Shown one piece after another: positions 46,017 through 53,694 of a stretch of DNA of 64,000 nucleotides. The notes beneath the pieces were generated by a model. That model was not told where the DNA came from, made no database searches, and saw nothing but the letters and a program-made list of their open reading frames with translations. Each line of letters begins with the position of its first letter. The first letter of the stretch is position 1. The position numbers and the translations under genes are program-made. Origin of the DNA: a virus; IMG/VR virus record IMGVR_UViG_3300002835_000026; one strand, written 5' to 3'.

Positions 46017-47057
46017 TTATTTGTAACTATTTAGTATATTGAAATTGTTAGGTAACCAGTGTTCTACATTTTTAATTGTAAAACCCATTCCATCCTCATG
46101 GTATAATTTTAAGAAATCACCTGCTCTTAATTCTGGTGAACTTTCTATTATTAGTTCTTCTAAGAACTGTTTCTCATTATCATCTATAATTGGATTAGCT
46201 AGATTCATAATTTTAAAACAATTTCGTATTGAATTTTCTTCAAACACTATTCTAGAATAGATAATATGTTCCTTATATTTTTCAGCACTAATTTTAAAAA
46301 TATCATCTAATGTTAATATTTCAGTTTGTAATTCAGGAAACAATTTAAATATTTTTCCTTTACCTAAACCTTTAACACCAGGTACTTTATCTGAATTGTC
46401 TCCTAATAGTGTTTTATATAAGATAAAATTTTCAGGTAGAGTGCCAAACTTACTCTTTACAGTTTTACTATCATAGAAATCTTTTTCAATTGGAGAGTAA
46501 ACAATAATATTTTTATTTACTAATTGTAAGAAATCTTTATCTGAAGATACTATATAAACTTTAGAGTCATGAGTTGAAGCTAAATGAGTACTTAAATGAG
46601 CTATTAAGTCGTCTGCTTCTGCTTTATCTATTGCTACTGTTTTAACAGGTAAACATTTTAGATAATGAATTAAACGAGAAATTTGATTATACTTAGAAAT
46701 ATTTTCATCTTCTAAATCATCAAACGTATCCCAATTAGTAACTCGTGTTTGATGTCTTCCTGATTTGTATTCGGGTAATAAGTTCTTCCTGTTATTGGAA
46801 GAACCTATACCGTCAAATACTAGATATACAGATGTTGGTTGAATATTGTTAATCAGAAATCCTAATGATCTTAAGAATCCACCTAAACCTCCTATATGCA
46901 CTCCATCTGAATTAATATAATTTAATACAGCAAAGTTTCTTAGAAATAAATTTAATCCATCTACTAGAACTACTCTAGAGTGTTTATTTAAGGTAGGCTC
47001 GTCCTTTACTTCTTGGGTTACATTACCAAGAAGTTTAAATAATTCATCTGTATTCAT
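46017..47057 (-). CDS. 5'-3' exonuclease / RNase H (FEN family)
   Basis: VDGLN, VFDG, YKSGR, EADD, SSDKDFLQL, GDNSDKVPGVKGLG. Confidence 0.94.
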   Translation of the reverse strand: MNTDELFKLLGNVTQEVKDEPTLNKHSRVVLVDGLNLFLRNFAVLNYINSDGVHIGGLGGFLRSLGFLINNIQPTSVYLVFDGIGSSNNRKNLLPEYKSGRHQTRVTNWDTFDDLEDENISKYNQISRLIHYLKCLPVKTVAIDKAEADDLIAHLSTHLASTHDSKVYIVSSDKDFLQLVNKNIIVYSPIEKDFYDSKTVKSKFGTLPENFILYKTLLGDNSDKVPGVKGLGKGKIFKLFPELQTEILTLDDIFKISAEKYKEHIIYSRIVFEENSIRNCFKIMNLANPIIDDNEKQFLEELIIESSPELRAGDFLKLYHEDGMGFTIKNVEHWLPNNFNILNSYK

Positions 47058-47060
47058 TTT

Positions 47061-48137
47061 CTATTCTGGTTCTTGTGAAAATACATCAGTCCCTTCAAAT
47101 CCCTCTTCTTCTTCAAAGACATCAAAATCTAAACTGCCTAAAATTTTCATCCATTCTTTTGCGTGAGCATCTTTATAAGATTTTAATTCTTTTTCAGTAT
47201 CGTTAATGAATCCATGAGGTGTCATAATAATTTTACCTCTTGATTGAACTCCGTTAATGTGATTTTTATCAATCTGGATGTTTGTGCGTTTAGCAAATTC
47301 TACTTGCTTACCATCTTTAATTGCTTTAATTTTAGATGTTCCAGCATTTGAAATATTACCAAATGTTACTACAAATGTAGCGTCAAACCACATTGCAAAT
47401 CCACCCTTATTCATTAGTTTTGGTTGACCCATAGGCATTTCAGCTTTAGCTGTCCATACTTTATTGATACAAACTAATGTATTAGTGTATTTTGAACTCT
47501 CTTTTCTCGATAATGTAATTCTTTGATTAACACTATTTCCAAATTGAGTACTCATTGCACCTGCATTCCACTCATTATTATTTTTATTTGAACGAATTGA
47601 TAATTCACATGGTATAGAACCAATTGAATCCCATAAGAACAATAAATCATATGGTAAATTACCTTTTTTCTGTTCGTCTAATAAATCTAAAATAAATGCT
47701 GCTACGTCTTCAATTGTATGTAACGTTTCTCTATCTACATAAATAAAATTACCTTCAAAATTTAAAATTTCTCCAGTTGATTCGTCTACAATTGTTTTAA
47801 CATCTAATCCCATCTGAATTGCGTGTTCCCAATTCCACTTCATCTCAGTAATAATGAATACAGGTAATACCTTTTGTTTTTGAGCGGCTACTGCTGCTTC
47901 AATTAACGCTGTTGTTTTACCTGTATCACTATGACCTCTTAGTAGGACTATATGACCCTGAGGAATCCCAGGAACCGAAGTTACATCTTGAAATGCTTTA
48001 GATAATGGTATCCATTTTTGATCTTTGAATTTCACATTTGAACTTAATAATTTCTTTTCCTTGAATTTATTTAAGTCAAAGCTACCTCTCAACTCAGCAG
48101 ATACCGCTGCTGCTAGTGATGTGTCTTTTTTAGCCAT
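47061..48137 (-). CDS. uvsX: RecA/UvsX-like recombinase
   Basis: GIPQG, GHSDTGKTT, LWDSIGS, KGG..M, IDKNH. Confidence 0.88.
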   Translation of the reverse strand: MAKKDTSLAAAVSAELRGSFDLNKFKEKKLLSSNVKFKDQKWIPLSKAFQDVTSVPGIPQGHIVLLRGHSDTGKTTALIEAAVAAQKQKVLPVFIITEMKWNWEHAIQMGLDVKTIVDESTGEILNFEGNFIYVDRETLHTIEDVAAFILDLLDEQKKGNLPYDLLFLWDSIGSIPCELSIRSNKNNNEWNAGAMSTQFGNSVNQRITLSRKESSKYTNTLVCINKVWTAKAEMPMGQPKLMNKGGFAMWFDATFVVTFGNISNAGTSKIKAIKDGKQVEFAKRTNIQIDKNHINGVQSRGKIIMTPHGFINDTEKELKSYKDAHAKEWMKILGSLDFDVFEEEEGFEGTDVFSQEPE

Positions 48138-48149
48138 TTTGTTTAGTTA

Positions 48150-48974
48150 TTAGTCTTCGTCATCAAATAATGCGTCAAATTTACTTGCTTTAGGTGCTGG
48201 TTTAGCTGTTAAAGTGTAATTTTGAGTTTTAGGAGCTGCTTCCCAAGGTAAGTCATCTGTTTTGTCTTCAGTAGTAACTTCATCATCAATGATTGAACCT
48301 TCTTCTGCTTCTTCAGGTGTTAACCACTCTTGTAAAGATGCTTTCATTTCGTCAAATGAATACTTTTTAAACTCTTCAATTGGATTTGGTTGTTCATCTA
48401 ACCAATTTTGAATTTGATTAGCATCCTCAGACAATGGAGTAACTTTTGTACGAGCCATAATTGTTGATTTATTATACTGTGTACCAGTTACATCTGGTCC
48501 TACTGTATTAATAATAATGTCTCTACCTTCTGCTACGTCTGTAAAGTCTCCTACGTCCTCGTTATCAGCTAAATTTAAGAAGTCCATATATAACTCCTTA
48601 CCAAACTGCCATAACTTAATTCCGTTTGATTCTTCACCTCTAACAATAACAGGAGCAAAAATTCTCATTTTTGGATCTAATTTCTTAGCTAATCTCCAAT
48701 TTTCCTTGTCATTTGTACTACGTAATTGTTTTGCAAATTCAGCAATTGGATCTTTATCACCCCACGATAGAGGAGAGATCATTACTTTTTTGCCAATACC
48801 ATAGTAGAAATATAATTCTGTGAATGGGTTTTTCTTATTATACTTATTAGGTACAATACGAACATTTTGTTTTCCGATTGATGGTTTCCAACCTGAGTTT
48901 TTCTTGTCGGTTTTGTTTGAACCGGGTTTAGCTTGTAGTTTCGTAAGCTTCGATTTGATTTCTGATAAATCCAT
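48150..48974 (-). CDS. single-stranded DNA-binding protein (gp32-like)
   Basis: WKP...VRIVP, DPIAEF, LWQFGK, acidic FDALFDDED tail. Confidence 0.88.
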   Translation of the reverse strand: MDLSEIKSKLTKLQAKPGSNKTDKKNSGWKPSIGKQNVRIVPNKYNKKNPFTELYFYYGIGKKVMISPLSWGDKDPIAEFAKQLRSTNDKENWRLAKKLDPKMRIFAPVIVRGEESNGIKLWQFGKELYMDFLNLADNEDVGDFTDVAEGRDIIINTVGPDVTGTQYNKSTIMARTKVTPLSEDANQIQNWLDEQPNPIEEFKKYSFDEMKASLQEWLTPEEAEEGSIIDDEVTTEDKTDDLPWEAAPKTQNYTLTAKPAPKASKFDALFDDED

Positions 48975-49012
48975 AACTGTATATTTGTTTAATTTAAAAC
49001 TATTATTATTCT

Positions 49013-49045
49013 ATAATATAATGAACACATTATGTGAGGCCAAAC
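49013..49045 (-). promoter_or_regulatory. early/host-type promoter for the ssb-uvsX-helicase operon
   Basis: GTTTGGCC-N-TATATTAT, 20 nt spacer. Confidence 0.7.
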
Positions 49046-49068
49046 TAAGGCCCAAAAATTGGACCTTA
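49046..49068 (-). terminator. hairpin, probable terminator
   Basis: TAAGGTCCAA-TTT-TTGGGCCTTA immediately before the promoter. Confidence 0.5.
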
Positions 49069-49100
49069 GATGATTTTGTGTGGTATGTTGGGGTGATTTT

Positions 49101-49271
49101 TTATTTTATTTTGTTTTGATCATTAAATTTTGATTTTAACCATTCTTCTTTAGTAAGAGGTGCTCCACATTTATACAAAATAGCAGCACATCTTTCACTA
49201 GTTTTTTTAATTTCATCTACACCTTCCCAATATTTTTTTACAAAAATATCATATTTTTCATCTATTGTCAT
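49101..49271 (-). CDS. hypothetical protein (56 aa)
   Basis: Read manually: MTIDEKYDIFVKKYWEGVDEIKK... Confidence 0.6.
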   Translation of the reverse strand: MTIDEKYDIFVKKYWEGVDEIKKTSERCAAILYKCGAPLTKEEWLKSKFNDQNKIK

Positions 49272-49290
49272 AAACTTTATATTTTAATTA

Positions 49291-49692
49291 TTATCCTACA
49301 ATCCAATCACCATTTATTTGATTTATAGCTACATCTTGATCTTGGTAATTATCATCATATATATGAATACCTGCGGCATCTGTTTCAAAATCCATACCTG
49401 CTGCTTTAGCGGCATATATAAAATTTTGTCTATCTAAATTCAATACCTGTAGTACTTTATCTAATTTATCATATCCATATGGTTTATTAATTAAAGCTTT
49501 AATTACTCTTACAGCATTTTTACCTTGTATAGTATTAACAAATGTTTTAGCCTTTTTTATATCTTGAGCTTCTTCATCTGCTAATTCTTTATCTACATCA
49601 TCCCATGTTTTTTCTTCATTAATTTGGTTTTCAGTAATAATACCTGCTAATTTTTGCATGCGGATAAATTGTTCGTTTAATGGTTGTTTCAT
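49291..49692 (-). CDS. putative capsid-packaged protein (leader family)
   Basis: 26 aa leader MKQPLNEQFIRMQKLAGIITENQINE shared with the neighbouring gene. Confidence 0.7.
   Translation of the reverse strand: MKQPLNEQFIRMQKLAGIITENQINEEKTWDDVDKELADEEAQDIKKAKTFVNTIQGKNAVRVIKALINKPYGYDKLDKVLQVLNLDRQNFIYAAKAAGMDFETDAAGIHIYDDNYQDQDVAINQINGDWIVG
49615..49692 (-). repeat. 78 bp direct repeat, copy 1 (leader-coding)
   Basis: 72/78 nt identical to 50194-50271. Confidence 0.95.
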
Positions 49693-49704
49693 TATAGTGT
49701 TGTA

Positions 49705-50271
49705 TTATAATTTTTCCGCAGCGTCTTTTAGATAATCACTTATTACTTCTCTTGGACTTGTATCATAATCCATATTCCAAATATCCCATATAATACCATA
49801 AGATGTAGGTCTAAATGTATCTGAATATCCAAATGAATTATCTATTTTACTTAAATAAGATTGAGGAATTGTCCATTCATCTTCCTCTTTATCAAATGTA
49901 AATCCTGCAGCTATTAAATTTTTAGCTAATTGAGGAGCAAAAGCTTGCATAATTTCATAATCAATACCATCTTGAACATAACCTCCAAAACTTTCTAAAG
50001 CATCCTCATCTTCATCTTCAGCTGTTAATTTATAAGCCCAATCAAAAGCTTCTTGTTTAACTTTTGGATTATTAACTACTGCGTCTAATCCTTTATAGAT
50101 AGGATCAGTACCTACTAAGTCTAAATATTCTTGTGAATGTCCTTTCCATTGTTTATCAAATTGAGACATTAATGCCTCTTTGTCCATTTCAACTTCGTTA
50201 ATTTGGTTTTCAGTAATTATACCCGCTAATTTTTGCATGCGGGTAAATTGTTCGTTTAATTGTTTTTTCAT
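49705..50271 (-). CDS. putative capsid-packaged protein (leader family)
   Basis: Leader MKKQLNEQFTRMQKLAGIITENQINE followed by an unrelated acidic body. Confidence 0.7.
   Translation of the reverse strand: MKKQLNEQFTRMQKLAGIITENQINEVEMDKEALMSQFDKQWKGHSQEYLDLVGTDPIYKGLDAVVNNPKVKQEAFDWAYKLTAEDEDEDALESFGGYVQDGIDYEIMQAFAPQLAKNLIAAGFTFDKEEDEWTIPQSYLSKIDNSFGYSDTFRPTSYGIIWDIWNMDYDTSPREVISDYLKDAAEKL
50194..50271 (-). repeat. 78 bp direct repeat, copy 2
   Basis: 72/78 nt identical to 49615-49692. Confidence 0.95.
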
Positions 50272-50289
50272 TTTAATATTGTTTTATAT

Positions 50290-51312
50290 TTATACATCAT
50301 AAGACCAACCTAACTCTGTATTTTTTAAATTTGGATAATCTTTAAATATTGCTTTTTCTATTTTTCTTACTTGTTCACCATAAATATCTATATATTTTTG
50401 AATAAATGGAGTATTATCTAATTCTAATTGGTCTGGTTGTAAACTTTTAGGAAGAGAAGTAATTTTTGTATTAGTTAAATTAAGATAATCTGTTACATTA
50501 AAACCCTCAGGTAATGAAGTTATAGGAAGATTATATAAATCTAAATCACCTTTTATATTTAAATCTTTATCAGTTAATGATTTAAAATCATATAATAATT
50601 TATACTTAAATGGAGTATCATATTTAGGATATTTTTCTTTAATAAATTTAAATAATTCATAAATGTAAGATTCATTTCCTATAGGATTATCATCTTTATC
50701 CATAAACGCATCTTCTTCATAAGAAAATTGATATTTTTCTTTACTATTTGGCTTAATAAAAATAAATAAAGGACCTTTAGATATATAATTATCAAAATGT
50801 TCTCTTGTTTTACCTGTAGCTGTACACCATTCAGTCCCTGAACCTAACTCACATGATACTCCATATAAATCCTTTTTACCCTTTGGTAACATATAAACAT
50901 CAAATCCATTAGTAGAGCCAATATAAAATTCTTTATACTTATCTGATTTTACTACTCCTTTTTGTTGAGATGCATCTTTTGATTCCTTATCTAATATATC
51001 AACTGATGTTTTTATAAAATTAGATATATCTTGAGATGATTTATACTGATTAATATCAGCATATGGGTATTCTTTTTTACGCCTATCAAAAACCATAAAA
51101 TATTTTTTATATTTATATGCGTCTTCTAATTTAATAGTTTTATCTATTACTTTTTTAAGTAACCAAGTGATATAAGCTGATTTAGGTGTAGTATTAACTA
51201 TATCATCAAATGATTTCTGGTTAATTTTACCAGAATCTACAAATTGAGTTTTTAGCTGTTCTATTGAAGCTTCAGTTATTAATATTTGTAAAAGTGAAGA
51301 TAATTTTATCAT
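50290..51312 (-). CDS. putative packaged protein with WCT-motif domain and C-terminal leucine-rich repeats
   Basis: MIKLSSLLQILITE leader; LGSGTEWCTA...FDNY; LDLYNLPITSLP and LNLTNTKITSLP LRRs. Confidence 0.7.
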   Translation of the reverse strand: MIKLSSLLQILITEASIEQLKTQFVDSGKINQKSFDDIVNTTPKSAYITWLLKKVIDKTIKLEDAYKYKKYFMVFDRRKKEYPYADINQYKSSQDISNFIKTSVDILDKESKDASQQKGVVKSDKYKEFYIGSTNGFDVYMLPKGKKDLYGVSCELGSGTEWCTATGKTREHFDNYISKGPLFIFIKPNSKEKYQFSYEEDAFMDKDDNPIGNESYIYELFKFIKEKYPKYDTPFKYKLLYDFKSLTDKDLNIKGDLDLYNLPITSLPEGFNVTDYLNLTNTKITSLPKSLQPDQLELDNTPFIQKYIDIYGEQVRKIEKAIFKDYPNLKNTELGWSYDV

Positions 51313-51315
51313 GAT

Positions 51316-51324
51316 AATAAATAT
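51316..51324 (-). promoter_or_regulatory. putative late promoter ATATTTATT
   Basis: 3 nt upstream of ATG 51312. Confidence 0.45.
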
Positions 51325-51788
51325 TACACTAAGTCTACTATTTTATGAATTTTAGTATTAAGTGTTTTTAGTTCATTATGCTGAGTTAATAAAATACTAT
51401 TTTTATAGTGTTGCCAATCAATTCTAAATGATGGGTCAACTACACCTCTATTTAATGATTTAATTAGTTCATTAAGAGCATTAATTGTATATAGTGTGTT
51501 TGATTCTTTTTTACGATGTACTAATATTGTATTTGTTGGTATCGTGTTCACGTTACCTTGATCAATATTGTAAGTAATAACATACTCACCTGTATTTTGA
51601 ACATGTAAAACAAAAATCTTGTTGTACATTATATCATATGTTTTAGAAACCTCATTTATTAGCCCGTCTAATCCCTCTAAAGCAATGAAGGTACATAGTA
51701 ACCTATTATTCACGTCGAATGTATTAAAAATGTGTTGGAAGTCATAATTTATCGAATTATACATATCGCTGTTTTTATTTAAAGTCAT
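51324..51788 (-). CDS. hypothetical protein
   Basis: NTILVHRKKESNTLYTINALN; overlaps the PolA-like gene. Confidence 0.8.
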   Translation of the reverse strand: MTLNKNSDMYNSINYDFQHIFNTFDVNNRLLCTFIALEGLDGLINEVSKTYDIMYNKIFVLHVQNTGEYVITYNIDQGNVNTIPTNTILVHRKKESNTLYTINALNELIKSLNRGVVDPSFRIDWQHYKNSILLTQHNELKTLNTKIHKIVDLV

Positions 51789-53052
51789 AACTGTTACCTG
51801 TATTGGTTTTAATTTGTAATTTGTATTTTATAAAAATTTCACTAATTTTAGGTAAAATATCATCCTCACTTTTATCATAATCTAATAAAAATGAATCATA
51901 AGTGTAAAGTACAATTTTTGTATTTTTACCCCTTAATACCTTATGTATATCCATCAATATATTCATATTGTTAGATGTTTCCATATTTTGTAATATATAA
52001 TTAAACAACTTGTTTGGATTCATGTTATCCAGCTTACTTAACTCATATCTGTACTTAGATATAGGACAATCATAATATCCTCCATATTGCAACATATCCC
52101 AAGCCTTATCTATAAACATTTGAATTTTTTTAAAATACTCTAAGTGAGCATATTCCTTAAATACTCCTCCGTATAGTTGTTTAAATGTTAATTCCTTAGC
52201 TGTTTTATAATCTACACCATACATTTCTGCAAACGAGGCGTGTATGTCTTTGTCTCCAAAATCATATCCAATTAATTGAGCAGCAAGTGTTGGATGGTAA
52301 GCTGATATATCCATTTCTACAAATATATCATTACTTGGAACAAAACTTGATCGTGTTTCTTTTTTTAGTGCTGCAAAGTTAATACCATTATAGGAATTAG
52401 CGGGTCTGCGAGTTGTAGTATAGATATTATATTGCGTGAATATTTTATCATTGTCAATTGAATAGTAGTCATTATTTGTTTCATAGTATTTTTCAAATAT
52501 TGGTTTGTTAAATGTTATACCGTTTTTTTCAATCCCAAATAAAGCCAAAGTAACCCGGTTATTATAAAATTCGAACCACTCGGGCAAACGGTGTGGTATT
52601 AATGGTTTGATTTGGTTATACACGGTTTCACACAGTTCATAGTGTTTTGATACTGGTATTATACGATTAGTATCTTGTTTTTGTGGAAAACGTTGATAAA
52701 AATGTTGGTGTGTAAAAGTAGGTTGTATATCCGTAGGAGATATTAGTGATATATCGCAACATGCTTTTATCTGAAAGTAATATAAAAATTGTTTCTTATT
52801 GCGTACCCACAATTCTGGAATATCTTTTAAAACACTTTCGACATGATTTTTACTTATGTATAATGTTTCACTGTGGTTAACACATATTAGATATCCTTTA
52901 GTGTCATCAAGTGGCCTAATATAGACTAATGATACTTTATTTAAGGCAGGATGGATATTAGAATTGAATGGAATTACCTCAACAAATGCTTTTTGTGTCT
53001 TAAGATTGTATAAGACTTTTAGTTGATTTAATGTTTCAATAATATAATACAT
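51775..53052 (-). CDS. degenerate family A DNA polymerase-like protein
   Basis: TTTRRP, EMDISAYHP (motif A), AKELTFKQLYGG (motif B), NYILQ, YTYDSFL (motif C). Confidence 0.82.
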   Translation of the reverse strand: MYYIIETLNQLKVLYNLKTQKAFVEVIPFNSNIHPALNKVSLVYIRPLDDTKGYLICVNHSETLYISKNHVESVLKDIPELWVRNKKQFLYYFQIKACCDISLISPTDIQPTFTHQHFYQRFPQKQDTNRIIPVSKHYELCETVYNQIKPLIPHRLPEWFEFYNNRVTLALFGIEKNGITFNKPIFEKYYETNNDYYSIDNDKIFTQYNIYTTTRRPANSYNGINFAALKKETRSSFVPSNDIFVEMDISAYHPTLAAQLIGYDFGDKDIHASFAEMYGVDYKTAKELTFKQLYGGVFKEYAHLEYFKKIQMFIDKAWDMLQYGGYYDCPISKYRYELSKLDNMNPNKLFNYILQNMETSNNMNILMDIHKVLRGKNTKIVLYTYDSFLLDYDKSEDDILPKISEIFIKYKLQIKTNTGNSYDFK

Positions 53053-53067
53053 AACCTATTTTAGGCT

Positions 53068-53099
53068 ATAATATACTAAACAAAAATTAGATTGCCAAA
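53068..53099 (-). promoter_or_regulatory. early/host-type promoter
   Basis: TTTGGC-N-TATATTAT, 20 nt spacer. Confidence 0.65.
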
Positions 53100-53100
53100 T

Positions 53101-53694
53101 TTAAACGTAATACTTTGTAAAGTCGAACTTTAAGTAAGCGTCAAATTGAGGTAATAATAAATTTTTCATAGTTAATAAAACTATGTTACGATTTACTGTT
53201 GCAACTTGTTCTTCAATACCTGTTAAGTTCCAAGGAAGGAAAAACGGTAAATAATATTGCCAAAGTATAGTTGGTGCTTGAGATGATAATTTATCAAATG
53301 TGTTTTGATCTATTTCTAAATAGATAATTTCATTTGTTTTTTTACAAAAATAACGTCTGTATTCTCCTATTTGATAATCTTGTTGTGTTGGAATGTTAGG
53401 ATTATAAACAGGGTTAAATACTTGATTAGTACCAATAGGTTTTATACTATTATAAATTGGACTACGTAATGTTGTTACTTCTGGTAATATTGTTTGAGTA
53501 TTATCAGTAGTAAATGATGCATTATAAGGAATTATTTCTATTACTGGGTTATCATTTTGATTACGTCCTGTAAAATATTGTCCTGTAGAGGTTTTAAAAT
53601 AATAACCAGTATAAGGAGTCCCAGTGGATTTGATTTGAAATTCTCCTCCATTAGCATATAAATTAGGTGTTATTTGAGATAAGGGATAATACAT
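53101..53694 (-). CDS. probable baseplate/tail-associated protein
   Basis: Last gene of the tail operon. Confidence 0.6.
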   Translation of the reverse strand: MYYPLSQITPNLYANGGEFQIKSTGTPYTGYYFKTSTGQYFTGRNQNDNPVIEIIPYNASFTTDNTQTILPEVTTLRSPIYNSIKPIGTNQVFNPVYNPNIPTQQDYQIGEYRRYFCKKTNEIIYLEIDQNTFDKLSSQAPTILWQYYLPFFLPWNLTGIEEQVATVNRNIVLLTMKNLLLPQFDAYLKFDFTKYYV

